Part shown: piece after piece, positions 8,477-18,127 of the stretch
Layout: each line of letters starts with the position of its first letter
How positions within the stretch are numbered: the first letter of the stretch is position 1
NCBI GenBank assembly: GCA_020632015.1
Contig: JACKGI010000001.1
Location: 87,574-151,573, forward strand
Length of the DNA stretch: 64,000 nucleotides
DNA from: Candidatus Nomurabacteria bacterium
GTDB taxonomy: Bacteria; Patescibacteriota; Minisyncoccia; Phycocordibacterales; UBA918
Reading direction: 5' to 3'
Translations under genes and position numbers: made by a program
Notes under the pieces: generated by a model
Databases searched by the model: none
The model's input: the letters and a program-made list of their open reading frames with translations, nothing else
Told to the model about the DNA's origin: nothing

Positions 8477-9910
8477 ATGAAAAGAACACTAATTAAATTC
8501 TTACCCATAATAATCCTCTTTATTATTCCCATCCTTAGTTTCGCTCAAGAAACAGTTGGTTACACTCCGCTTGTTGGACTTCCAGGTGTAGCTGATTCAA
8601 ACGGCTCTGGTGAAGTTGATTTTGAAAAGTTCATCAACACTTTGTATTACATGTCTATTGGGGTAGCAGCTCTTCTGGCGGTAATTAAAATTGTGATTGC
8701 GGGAGTGAAGTACATGCTGAGTGATGTTGTAACCACAAAAGGTGAAGCAAAAAATGATATCAAAGGTGCTCTAATTGGTCTCTTAGTAGTGATGGGGGCG
8801 GTTTTAATCCTTACTATAATAAACCCACAACTTGCAAATATTGACGCTGAGTTTGATAGTACAAAGACTGAGATACCTGAGTATGTTCCTCAAGTAAACA
8901 ACCAGCGTTTTGGTCCACTTGGAACTATGCTTCCAGGAGACGTTCCTTACCCTATACCCTCTACTGTATTAGCCAGTTCTCCTGCACCAGAAGGCCTTAA
9001 TGATTTGGAAAAAGCACAGTGGGTTTGTGAAAACCAAGTACTTGATGAAGAAAATAAGTACTGCCCATTAGGACAAAAGAACTCTCAAGTTGCACCAAAT
9101 CTACCTAGTCAGTCACTAGCTTATTGTTATGTTGGTGAGTGGGATGCTTTTGGTGAAAAATGTGTTGTGAGACAAGCTGATATAAAAAACTTTGAAGAGT
9201 CTGGTGGGGGAGTTGGTGGAACAAAAACCGTAACTGAAAGTGAGTTTAGTAGTGAGATGGGTAGTAAAGAATTAGAACCACCCCCAGAAAGACCAATTGA
9301 TGAAACAGCATCACTTTGTCCGGCTGGAACAACTGAAATACCATCTGCTTATAAATACCCACCAAGAAACGGAGTGGTGAATCCTATAACTGGCGACTAC
9401 ACAGACTGTGAACCAAATCCAGACACTTATGGTACATATGGAACAGGTTCTAACGGCGTCTGCCCAGCTGGCCACGACACCATCTACGATCCAGCCGAAT
9501 TAATAGACCCAGACACAAACACCTATGGCCCAACACCCGCACCAAGATGTGTACTATCTGAAGGAGGGAGTGCAAGTGGAGGTGGTGGTTACAACACCTC
9601 TTGTGTAGCAGCCGCTTGTTGTAATGTTGGAACTATTCAATCTGGAGCAAGACCAGGAGAACCAGCGGTGTGTGTAGACTCTAGTGGTAATGTTGTTGGT
9701 GTTCCTGAAACGTCAAATAATTCTGGAACAGGTGGCGTAGGGACAACTAACCCTTGCCCTCCTGGACAAATACTAGATCCTTCATTGAATGGACTATCCT
9801 TAGGAGGAATTAGTTGTGTTAACGATCCAAGTTTAACTCAAGACGAAATAAATGGAGCACTTTTTTGTGCCGCCCTCGGCAAAAGATATTCAAACGGAAC
9901 TTGTATATAA
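8477..9910 (+). CDS. T4SS pilin-like (VirB2/TrbC-type two-helix N-terminus) fused to a long Cys-rich C-terminal region
   Basis: Signal peptide, then FEKFINTLYYMSIGVAALLAVIKIVIAGVKYM...IKGALIGLLVVMGAVLILTIINP (two TM helices with a charged loop). About 350 aa with more than 20 Cys and G/P/T-rich stretches follow. Confidence 0.5.
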   Translation: MKRTLIKFLPIIILFIIPILSFAQETVGYTPLVGLPGVADSNGSGEVDFEKFINTLYYMSIGVAALLAVIKIVIAGVKYMLSDVVTTKGEAKNDIKGALIGLLVVMGAVLILTIINPQLANIDAEFDSTKTEIPEYVPQVNNQRFGPLGTMLPGDVPYPIPSTVLASSPAPEGLNDLEKAQWVCENQVLDEENKYCPLGQKNSQVAPNLPSQSLAYCYVGEWDAFGEKCVVRQADIKNFEESGGGVGGTKTVTESEFSSEMGSKELEPPPERPIDETASLCPAGTTEIPSAYKYPPRNGVVNPITGDYTDCEPNPDTYGTYGTGSNGVCPAGHDTIYDPAELIDPDTNTYGPTPAPRCVLSEGGSASGGGGYNTSCVAAACCNVGTIQSGARPGEPAVCVDSSGNVVGVPETSNNSGTGGVGTTNPCPPGQILDPSLNGLSLGGISCVNDPSLTQDEINGALFCAALGKRYSNGTCI

Positions 9911-9914
9911 CTAA

Positions 9915-9955
9915 CAAAACAAAAAAGCGCAACCGGCGCTTTTTTGTTTTGTTTT
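9915..9955. terminator. bidirectional terminator between convergent genes
   Basis: aaaaaagcgcaaccggcgctttttt with A/T tracts on both sides. Confidence 0.6.
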
Positions 9956-9976
9956 TAATTTAGTATTCAACAATAC

Positions 9977-10705
9977 TTAACGATGTTTTTTAACGAAGTA
10001 CTCCTGAGAAATCATAGTTAGGTTGCTAACTACAAAATACAAAGCAATTGCTGCTGAAATTGTATAAGCCACTACTGTAATCAATACCGGCATTACAAAC
10101 CTCATTTGTGTTTGCATATTGCGCATAAAATCATCTTTCAAATTAGGTGCTGCCCCCTCTTCTTTTGGAGGTAGTTTTGGCATAGTGAGATTTACATGAA
10201 TAAATTGAGTAACACCAGCAATTAAAGCTAGAAATAAACTCCGTTCACTAATGTCGATAATACTTAGAAAGTTCATGGTCACAACCACTGGTTCGGACAC
10301 GAAGGAATATAGCAGGTCTATATTTATGTCCGGTAAAGGTACACCTCCTCCTTTGTATACTGAGAAATACAAAGCAATCACGATTGGGATTTGAAGGAAG
10401 ATTAAAAAAATACTAGCTAGTGGGTTCATTCCTGCTTCTTGGTAAATTGCCAACATGGCTTGGGACTGAGCTTGTTTGTCGTCTTTGTGTTTTTCTCTAA
10501 CCTCTTTAAGTTTTGGCTCGATTTCCCTCATTACTTTTTGGGTTTTTACCGCCTTAATCGAAACAGGAAGAAGGATTGTTTTCACAAGTAAAACAGTTGC
10601 AATAATTGCTAAACCAACATCTCCACCGGGAATAATATCAATAAAAAAAACCAGTGTGTTATAAACTGGGTCGAAAAATAAATTGTGCCAAATTGAACTA
10701 AACAT
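9977..10705 (-). CDS. yidC: membrane protein insertase YidC (short form)
   Basis: 242 aa polytopic protein in the conserved rpmH-rnpA-yidC order. LLVKTILLPVSIK and MNPLASIFLIFLQIPI are YidC/Oxa1-like segments. Confidence 0.85.
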   Translation of the reverse strand: MFSSIWHNLFFDPVYNTLVFFIDIIPGGDVGLAIIATVLLVKTILLPVSIKAVKTQKVMREIEPKLKEVREKHKDDKQAQSQAMLAIYQEAGMNPLASIFLIFLQIPIVIALYFSVYKGGGVPLPDINIDLLYSFVSEPVVVTMNFLSIIDISERSLFLALIAGVTQFIHVNLTMPKLPPKEEGAAPNLKDDFMRNMQTQMRFVMPVLITVVAYTISAAIALYFVVSNLTMISQEYFVKKHR

Positions 10706-10717
10706 AATTTCCTTATT

Positions 10718-11053
10718 CTACGCACCTTTCACCACTTCAGCAATTGACTCTTGCACAAACTCCTCGGCTGTTTTTCTAGTTAGAGAATTAAAACTTGGTT
10801 TAAGCACCACAATCAAAACACCTAGAGGATTTGTTGGTGTGTCTAATTTCTTTAGCACGGCATAAACCCTTCTCCTTAATGTGTTTCTTCTAACAGCACT
10901 TTTAGCAACTTTTTTACCAACCACTACTGAAACTTTTGTTTTTTCTTCTTCTTTAGAACGAATAATGGTTAGGTGGGGGAAGTGTTTTTTATTGCCAGTC
11001 CTAAAATATTCAGAGAATTCAGATTTTGATAATCTGTTTGATTTTTTAAACAT
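10718..11053 (-). CDS. rnpA: RNase P protein component
   Basis: Basic ~111-aa protein between rpmH and yidC, with an RNR-like motif (VRRNTLRRRVY). ATG at 11053 is preferred over the TTG at 11068 in the track. Confidence 0.8.
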   Translation of the reverse strand: MFKKSNRLSKSEFSEYFRTGNKKHFPHLTIIRSKEEEKTKVSVVVGKKVAKSAVRRNTLRRRVYAVLKKLDTPTNPLGVLIVVLKPSFNSLTRKTAEEFVQESIAEVVKGA

Positions 11054-11096
11054 AATTACTTGAATCAATTGATTATGTCACAAAACAAAAAAAGCT

Positions 11097-11246
11097 CTAT
11101 TGAGCTTTTTTTACTGTAAGTTGTGCACGACCTTTTCGGCGACGAGCTTGGAGTATCTTACGACCAGCAGTGGTTGCTGAACGAACTAAAAACCCGTGGG
11201 TGGTAGCACGCTTTCTCTTACTTGGTTGGTAGGTTCTTTTTGACAT
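11097..11246 (-). CDS. rpmH: 50S ribosomal protein L34
   Basis: Hand translation gives [49 protein letters not shown] (49 aa). It is below the ORF-track length cutoff. Confidence 0.9.
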   Translation of the reverse strand: MSKRTYQPSKRKRATTHGFLVRSATTAGRKILQARRRKGRAQLTVKKAQ

Positions 11247-11319
11247 ATCTGTAGAATTAGTACTTGGGAACTATACAGGAATATTTAAAAAATTCAATAG
11301 TGGGGGAGGTTGTTTAGAG

Positions 11320-11423
11320 TTGTTCACAGTTTATACACAGTTGCGTTTTTTGATTCTTAAAAAGGGTTTTTAAAATCTGAAATTTTTGAAAAAGATTTAC
11401 AGTTTTCCACACAGAGGTATAAT
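11320..11423. promoter_or_regulatory. DnaA-box-like sites and dnaA promoter
   Basis: ttgttcaca 11320-11328, ttatacaca 11331-11339 and ttttccaca 11403-11411, compared with the consensus TTATCCACA. TATAAT at 11418-11423. Confidence 0.5.
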
Positions 11424-11452
11424 GCAATTCACTGTTCGAGTTTACATAAGTT

Positions 11453-12838
11453 ATGAATCCAATTTCTCACTCACCATCCAACAATAGTATCGTTCAAACT
11501 GAACAAGTAGATGTTAAGCAATTGTGGGATGATGCTTTAGTTAAGATTGAACTCTCTATTACTACAGCCAACTTTAAGACTTGGTTTCGTGACACACACA
11601 TCGTCTCTCTTGAGGATGGCACAGCAACTGTTGGTGTACCAAGTGTTTTTGTTAAAGACTGGTTGCAAGATAAATTCCATAACATGGTTCTTAAAACGCT
11701 TCGTGACCTTACTCCACACGTAAGAAGTGTTGAATATACCGTTGCTCAACGAAATGAAAGAAAGCGAGAATCAAACAAAAATCAAACAGTAAACGCTTCT
11801 CTTCCTTTGGAAGACTATTATATAAACAAAAGTGACAACCTAAATCCAAAGTATTCTTTTGAAAATTTTGTAGTTGGACCATATAACGCCTTGGCTCATG
11901 CGGCAGCAAAAACAGTTAGTGAGAAGCCAGGTATCACATATAATCCACTGTTTATTTATGGTAAGACTGGCCATGGTAAGACCCACCTTATCCAAGCAGT
12001 AGGGAACCAAATAAAGAAAACTGGTAAGAAGGTATTTTATGTTACCAGTGAACGGTTTGCAGTTGATTACTTCAACTCACTCCAAAACGGAACGGCTAAT
12101 AATTTCAAAGATCGTTATCGTCAATATGATGTTTTGATTATGGACGATGTTCAGTTCTTGGCAACTAAAGAAAAGACTCAGGAAGAACTTTTCCATCTTT
12201 TTAATGCACTACACGACACAAACAAACAAATCGTTTTCTCTAGCGATCAACACCCAGCTCTTTTGAATGGGATGGAAGAAAGACTTCAGTCTCGATTTGC
12301 TCAAGGTATGATTGTTGACTTACCGGCTCCAGATTTGGAATCTAGAGCAGCTATTCTTAGGGCAAAATCTGCTCAAAACAACATAACCCTTCAAGATGAC
12401 GTGGTTGATCACTTAGCGCAGAGTATTGAGGGTAATGTGAGGGAGTTGGAAGGGGCTCTTAATACCATCATGTGCCAATCCCAGCTCCTTGGACGAACTT
12501 TATCAATTGATGAGGTTAGAACTATTATCAAAAATAGTTCTCGACCAAGAAAAACTCTAGCTATTGCTGATGTAGTTGACAAAGTTGCTCGATACTACGA
12601 TATAGACCAGGCAAGTATCTATGAAAAAACTAGACGGAAAGAGGTTGTTAAACCGAGGCAGATAATTATGTATATTTTGAGGGAAGATTTTCAGGTTTCT
12701 TACCCTGCTATCGGAAAGAAGTTGGGAGGTAGGGACCACACAACAGTAATTCACTCCTGTGAGAAAATTAAAGCTGAATTAAAAGGCAACTCTGAACTTG
12801 AAGAGGAGATAACTCAAGTCAGACTTCTCTTGAAATAA
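11453..12838 (+). CDS. dnaA: chromosomal replication initiator DnaA
   Basis: Walker A GKTGHGKTHL, Walker B IMDDVQFL, and C-terminal DNA-binding helix region GGRDHTTVIHSCEKI. Confidence 0.95.
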   Translation: MNPISHSPSNNSIVQTEQVDVKQLWDDALVKIELSITTANFKTWFRDTHIVSLEDGTATVGVPSVFVKDWLQDKFHNMVLKTLRDLTPHVRSVEYTVAQRNERKRESNKNQTVNASLPLEDYYINKSDNLNPKYSFENFVVGPYNALAHAAAKTVSEKPGITYNPLFIYGKTGHGKTHLIQAVGNQIKKTGKKVFYVTSERFAVDYFNSLQNGTANNFKDRYRQYDVLIMDDVQFLATKEKTQEELFHLFNALHDTNKQIVFSSDQHPALLNGMEERLQSRFAQGMIVDLPAPDLESRAAILRAKSAQNNITLQDDVVDHLAQSIEGNVRELEGALNTIMCQSQLLGRTLSIDEVRTIIKNSSRPRKTLAIADVVDKVARYYDIDQASIYEKTRRKEVVKPRQIIMYILREDFQVSYPAIGKKLGGRDHTTVIHSCEKIKAELKGNSELEEEITQVRLLLK

Positions 12839-12842
12839 TTTT

Positions 12843-12874
12843 AAAAACCGCTTCCTAATTAGGAAGCGGTTTTT
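12843..12874 (+). terminator. terminator after dnaA
   Basis: aaaaaccgcttcctaattaggaagcggttttt. Confidence 0.7.
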
Positions 12875-12879
12875 AAAAT

Positions 12880-13163
12880 TATTTCAAGAGTTGGTAGTCT
12901 GTGTAAAACAAACTATAATAGTGGGGAGAAAGACTTAAAAGGGTGTGGTCAAGGTTAGTATTTTTAAAAAGTTATACACAAAATATTAATAATCTTAGGT
13001 GATACAAATAACTATCCACAACTGTTTTAACAGCTACTAAGTTTATACCAACAGTTTAATCTCAAAAGGTGTCTTTAGATAGCAATAAAACACACCACAA
13101 TTTATACTTTTGCACACTTCCACACCCCTAATAATAGAGAGTAAAATAGATTAAATAAAAAAT
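12880..13163. other. candidate oriC segment in the dnaA-dnaN intergenic region
   Basis: ttatacaca 12972-12980 and ctatccaca 13012-13020, with very AT-rich flanks. The dnaA-dnaN spacer is the classical oriC position. Confidence 0.5.
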
Positions 13164-14258
13164 ATGGAGATAACTATTCCACACACTAAACTTCTTGAAG
13201 CATTAGAGCTTGTAGGTAGGATAAGCACTAAACATGTAACCTTACCAATTCTCCAATGTGTTTTATTGGAAGCAAAAAAGGATAGTATAACCATCCAAGC
13301 AACTAATTTAGAGATAAGTATAGAACTACCAATAGAGGGTAAGGTCGTTGAAGAAGGGGTAGTTGCTGTTCCTGCTCAAACCTTTTTACAAAGTATTCAA
13401 TTTATAAACCAACCAGAAATAACGTTAAGGACAGAAGATCAAGTTCTACAACTAGAAACAAAAAGTAGTAACACCTCAATTAAGATTTTTCCGACAGATG
13501 AATTTCCGACCCTACATCGATTAGAAGGGGAGGAGTCTAAATTACAAGGACAAACATTTTCATTCGGTATTAAAAGTGTAGCCTTCGCTGCTTCTCAAAC
13601 TTCGATTAAACCAGAACTTGGTAGTGTGTTTGTCCAACAAAAAAAAGAACACACCCTAACCTTTGTTGCCACAGACTCATTTAGACTGATGGAAAAAACA
13701 GTCTCCCAAAAAGGCCTTGCTTTTGATCAGTCAATAATGATTCCACAAAAAAATGCGATTGAGCTTGCTAGAGTGTGTGAAATTATTAGCGAGGATCCTG
13801 TAATAATTACTAACGATAATTTATGTGCCTTAAAGTTCCCAAGTGGGGTTTATGTGTCATCAAGGTTGGTAACTGGTAGTTTTCCTGATTACGCCCAAAT
13901 AATACCTAAAGAGTTTGTTTCTCATGTGACAGTATTAAAAGATGACCTCCTTAGGTCTTTTAAGAAGACGAGTATATTCTTAAATAAATTTCGACAAGTG
14001 TCGTTAATGGTTACAGACACTAACTTAACCATTTCCTCTCAAAACAACGAAGTGGGGCATACTACAGACACAATAAAGGCCTCTGTGGAAGGGGAGGAGC
14101 TCTCGTTGAACTTCAATCAACAATACATAATGGACCCATTAAGTCATATTTCAGACGATTCTATTATTTTAAGTTTTGCTGGTGTTGGAAGGGCTGTGAT
14201 TATTCAAGGTGTTAATGATAAAAATTTAAGATACTTAGTGATGCCGATGAATAAGTAA
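13164..14258 (+). CDS. dnaN: DNA polymerase III beta sliding clamp
   Basis: 364 aa directly after dnaA. N-terminal pattern L..AL..V.R..S......PIL..VLLEA and C-terminal MPM. Confidence 0.9.
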   Translation: MEITIPHTKLLEALELVGRISTKHVTLPILQCVLLEAKKDSITIQATNLEISIELPIEGKVVEEGVVAVPAQTFLQSIQFINQPEITLRTEDQVLQLETKSSNTSIKIFPTDEFPTLHRLEGEESKLQGQTFSFGIKSVAFAASQTSIKPELGSVFVQQKKEHTLTFVATDSFRLMEKTVSQKGLAFDQSIMIPQKNAIELARVCEIISEDPVIITNDNLCALKFPSGVYVSSRLVTGSFPDYAQIIPKEFVSHVTVLKDDLLRSFKKTSIFLNKFRQVSLMVTDTNLTISSQNNEVGHTTDTIKASVEGEELSLNFNQQYIMDPLSHISDDSIILSFAGVGRAVIIQGVNDKNLRYLVMPMNK

Positions 14259-14262
14259 TTTT

Positions 14263-14559
14263 ATGGAAAAATACTCCACACCCAAAAAAATGAAACAGGT
14301 TGGAGATTTGTTCAGTAAATACAAAACACTTCTTAAACCCCCTCAATCATCTGTTGAAAAAGCGTGTTCCGAGGCCATTCTAAAGGTTACTGGACACTGT
14401 ATTGATAAGGAGAAAATTTCCTACACCGTTAGCACAAAAACAATCCATTTAATGGTACCAAGCGTTCTTAAAACAGAGTTACGGTTTAAGAATAATGAAA
14501 TCTTAAAAGAACTTGAAGGGGTTTTAGGTAAGGATTCGGTACCTAAAATAATATTTTAA
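14263..14559 (+). CDS. DUF721-like small protein
   Basis: 98 aa right after dnaN. C-terminal pattern KTIHLMVPSVLKTELRFKNNEILKELEGVLG resembles DUF721. Confidence 0.4.
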   Translation: MEKYSTPKKMKQVGDLFSKYKTLLKPPQSSVEKACSEAILKVTGHCIDKEKISYTVSTKTIHLMVPSVLKTELRFKNNEILKELEGVLGKDSVPKIIF

Positions 14560-16781
14560 TCTTCCTCTGTATTAGTCTCAGTATCCTCTTTGTCTTTATT
14601 TCCAAGGAGTAGACCGAAGGTATCTTGGTTCCACTTCTGAACACCATATTCCCAGTTTTCATATTGGGGGTCTGAAGCAGGGTTTGCTGGGTACCCACCC
14701 GTAGGGTCACTTCTGTCTACATAATGAAGTATAGAATGGATGTTGTTGTAAACAGTGGCCACATCTATTTTAACTTCTTTATCATCAGGGTCTTTTTCTT
14801 CCATAGCTTTTAGGAGTAGAGAGGTGTCGATATACTCTCCTCGTAAAATTGGTTTTACACCACTAGTGTTTATTTGTGGTTGAGGGAATGTTTCGGCTGG
14901 TATTTTTTCCAAAGCAACATCCATAAATGCTCGCCACATTGGTGTTGTAATAAGTCCTGATAAACCTCCCCCCATTGCTTGGTTGTCATTATTACCAACC
15001 CAGGCTCCTACTGCTAAGTTTGGTGTATATCCCATTATCCAAGCATCACGAAGGTTGTTGGTGCTACCAGACTTAGCCGCCACATCTCGACTTGGGAAGT
15101 TGATAAGTGAGTTTGCTCCCCAAAGCGGTGTTCTTGCAACATTATCTGATAAAACATCACTTACCATATAAGCAACATTCTCCTCTAGAACTCGATTGGT
15201 TTTTACTTCTGGTTCTTCAATTATATTTCCTCGACTATCTTCAATACGAAGCACACTCCTTGGTTCTGCTTTAACTCCTCCATTTGCAAAAACACTATAT
15301 CCATAAGTCATATCAATTAAACGAACCTCTCCACCACCAAGAACCAAAGTTAGTCCATAACGGTCTGGGTCATTTAAGGTAGTTAGACCCATATCAGCCA
15401 TGAATTTTAATGTGTCTTTAAGTCCAGCTAAATATAATGTTTTTACCGCTGGAATATTTAATGATTGCGCTAAAGCATTCCGCATACTAATTGGCCCAAC
15501 AAACTTGTGGTTGTAGTTTTGTGGTGCATAACAAGGTGATTCAGAACTCAAGCTGGTAGGTTCACATTGTGGTGAAAATTGAGTCGCTACATCAAACAAA
15601 ACCGTAGCAGGTAAATATCCCTTACGAAACGCATTAGCGTATACAAAAGGTTTGATAGACGAACCTGGTTGTCTAGATGAAAGGGCGACGTTAAAGTTTC
15701 CATCTATATCTTCACTAAAATAGTCTCTAGAACCAACCATAACCAACAAGTCTCCAGTTTTTGGGTCGGTGGCCACCAAACCTGCATTTGAAGCGTTGAA
15801 TTTAGTTTGGTTTATCTCAGCTTTTTCCGCTACTATCCTTTCAGCTTCTTTTTGTAGTTCCCAGTCTAGGGTGGTTATAACTCGCAAACCTTGTTCTGCC
15901 ATAGCTTCCTCGCCAAATTTTTCAGCTAACTGTTCAATCACAAACATAACGAAATGAGGAGCTCTAATACCAGTCACTGATTGTGGCTCAAATTCAACCA
16001 CTTCATTTTTAGCCTCTTCATATTCATCAACAGTAATAAAACCATTTAAACGCATTCGGTCTAGAACTAATTGTTGTCTTCTGTCTAAAGCGTCTCGATT
16101 ACTACCATATGGAGAGAAGTAAGTCGGAGCTTGTGGTATGGCCGCTAAATACGCCGCCTCACCTAAGGTAAGTTCAGAGGCTCCTTTTCCAAAAAAAGAA
16201 CGAGAAGCTTCCTCAACACCATAAATAGTTCCTCCGTAAGGGGATTCGTTTAAATAGATTTCTAAAATCTGCTCCTTTGTTAGTATCCTCTCAATTTTAA
16301 TAGACAAGATTGCTTCCTTAACTTTACGGCTTAGTTTTTTATCCCTATCAAGAATAGAGTTCTTGATAACTTGTTGGGTGATAGTAGAACCACCTTGTCC
16401 TCCTAATAAGTCTCCAGAGGTGAAGTTTGATATTGCGGCACGAATAATAGCTCTAATATCAATACCAAAATGGTTGTAAAACTGATCATCCTCAATAGCA
16501 ACGGTTGCATTTTTTACATGCCGAGACATTTCTTCAAAAGGGATACTAGTTCTTTTCACGTCTTGGTGGAGGTCGTACAAAAGAACTTCACCGGTTCGGT
16601 CATAAATTTTAGTAGACTGAAGGACCCTTCTTTCTTCAAAGGTTGATAAGTCAGGTATTTCTAGTGTGGAAATCCAAACCAATAAGCTTCCAGTAATCAC
16701 TAAAAAGATAACAAAACCAAATAAAATAAGGTCGATTATTATTTCCTTCCAATTTTTCTTAAACCACTTTTTAATCTTCAT
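14556..16781 (-). CDS. bifunctional class A penicillin-binding protein (PBP1A-type)
   Basis: GT51 motifs EDDQFYNHFGID and GGSTITQQ. Transpeptidase motifs SSIKP (SxxK), SLN and KSGST. N-terminal TM anchor. Confidence 0.9.
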   Translation of the reverse strand: MKIKKWFKKNWKEIIIDLILFGFVIFLVITGSLLVWISTLEIPDLSTFEERRVLQSTKIYDRTGEVLLYDLHQDVKRTSIPFEEMSRHVKNATVAIEDDQFYNHFGIDIRAIIRAAISNFTSGDLLGGQGGSTITQQVIKNSILDRDKKLSRKVKEAILSIKIERILTKEQILEIYLNESPYGGTIYGVEEASRSFFGKGASELTLGEAAYLAAIPQAPTYFSPYGSNRDALDRRQQLVLDRMRLNGFITVDEYEEAKNEVVEFEPQSVTGIRAPHFVMFVIEQLAEKFGEEAMAEQGLRVITTLDWELQKEAERIVAEKAEINQTKFNASNAGLVATDPKTGDLLVMVGSRDYFSEDIDGNFNVALSSRQPGSSIKPFVYANAFRKGYLPATVLFDVATQFSPQCEPTSLSSESPCYAPQNYNHKFVGPISMRNALAQSLNIPAVKTLYLAGLKDTLKFMADMGLTTLNDPDRYGLTLVLGGGEVRLIDMTYGYSVFANGGVKAEPRSVLRIEDSRGNIIEEPEVKTNRVLEENVAYMVSDVLSDNVARTPLWGANSLINFPSRDVAAKSGSTNNLRDAWIMGYTPNLAVGAWVGNNDNQAMGGGLSGLITTPMWRAFMDVALEKIPAETFPQPQINTSGVKPILRGEYIDTSLLLKAMEEKDPDDKEVKIDVATVYNNIHSILHYVDRSDPTGGYPANPASDPQYENWEYGVQKWNQDTFGLLLGNKDKEDTETNTEED

Positions 16782-16857
16782 AAAACAGTTATATAGCCAA
16801 TATTAGCATGAGTTGTCTAGACAATTTACTACGAATGTGTGATAGAGTTGTTTCAAT

Positions 16858-18099
16858 ATGAGTCTAACTAAAGAACTAAACGAAAGAGGGTTTATCCACC
16901 AATTTTCAGCCAGTAATCTAGAGGATATTATTGACGGTGAGAAGCGTACCATATATCACGGAATTGACCCAACTGCAGATTCTGCCCATGTGGGAAATAT
17001 GGTTGTCTGGATGCTGCTTAAACACCTCGCAGACGCCGGACATAAAATCATCTTCTTAGTTGGTGGTGGAACAGGAATGATTGGTGATCCAAAACCAGAC
17101 ACAGAAAGACAACTACAAGACACTAGTCTTGTTTTAGAAAATGTAGAAAGTATAAAAAAACAAGCAGAGAATTTTTTTACAGGAAATCAAATTGAGTTTG
17201 TTAATAATTTTGATTGGTTGGGGTCTTTAAAGTTAATAGATTTTTTACGCGATGTTGGTAAACACTACACAGTAAACGAGCTAATTAAAAAAGATGCTAT
17301 AGCCACAAGACTTCAAAGTGATAATGGGCTTTCTTACACAGAATTTGCTTATCCTTTATTACAAGGATACGACTACTTACAATTATTTGAATCAAAAAAC
17401 TGTACGGTGCAAGTTGGAGGCTCTGATCAATGGGGGAATATTATTTCAGGAGTCGAATTAGTTCGAAGAAAAACCCAAAACGAAGTATTTGCCATTACTG
17501 TACCTCTAGTTGTAGATAAGGGGACGGGGAAGAAGTTTGGTAAGAGTGAAGGAAATGCTGTTTGGTTGAGTTCTGAAAAAACATCACCTTATAAGTTTTA
17601 TCAATTTTGGTTGAACACTAGTGATGAAAGTGTGGTTGATTATTTAAAACTTTTTACAACCCTATCTCTAGATGAAATAGAAAACATAAGACAAAAGTTT
17701 GAGTTAAACCCCGGAAGTCGACTGGCTCAAAAGCAACTTGCTTTTTCGGTGACAAGTTTAGTTCATGATTTAACCTCAGCAGAGGCGGCACAAAACGTTT
17801 CTGAAATCCTTTTTGGAGGAAAAGATTTTAATTCTCTTTCTGAGGCAGAAAAAAATATGTTATTGGAGACAGCGCCGAGTAGTACCTTAAATGAACCAAG
17901 AGCTTTGGTGGAAGTCTTGGTGGAGACAGGATTATCTGCTAGTAAAAGAGAGGCTAAGATGTTTGTTGAGAGTGGTGCGGTAGAGATAAATGGAAGAAAA
18001 ATAGAGTCAGTCGAAACAGAAATGTCCGGTGCCGATGCGGTTTCAGGACTCATTCTTCTAAAAAGAGGAAAGAAACAACTACACATTATAAAAGTATAA
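16858..18099 (+). CDS. tyrS: tyrosyl-tRNA synthetase
   Basis: HIGH-type motif HVGN, KMSKS-type motif KFGKS, and a C-terminal S4-like domain. Confidence 0.92.
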   Translation: MSLTKELNERGFIHQFSASNLEDIIDGEKRTIYHGIDPTADSAHVGNMVVWMLLKHLADAGHKIIFLVGGGTGMIGDPKPDTERQLQDTSLVLENVESIKKQAENFFTGNQIEFVNNFDWLGSLKLIDFLRDVGKHYTVNELIKKDAIATRLQSDNGLSYTEFAYPLLQGYDYLQLFESKNCTVQVGGSDQWGNIISGVELVRRKTQNEVFAITVPLVVDKGTGKKFGKSEGNAVWLSSEKTSPYKFYQFWLNTSDESVVDYLKLFTTLSLDEIENIRQKFELNPGSRLAQKQLAFSVTSLVHDLTSAEAAQNVSEILFGGKDFNSLSEAEKNMLLETAPSSTLNEPRALVEVLVETGLSASKREAKMFVESGAVEINGRKIESVETEMSGADAVSGLILLKRGKKQLHIIKV

Positions 18100-18127
18100 A
18101 AAATGCCCCTATGGGGCATTTTTTTTA
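18098..18127. terminator. bidirectional terminator between tyrS and the acidic ORF
   Basis: aaaaaatgcccctatggggcatttttttt. Confidence 0.8.
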
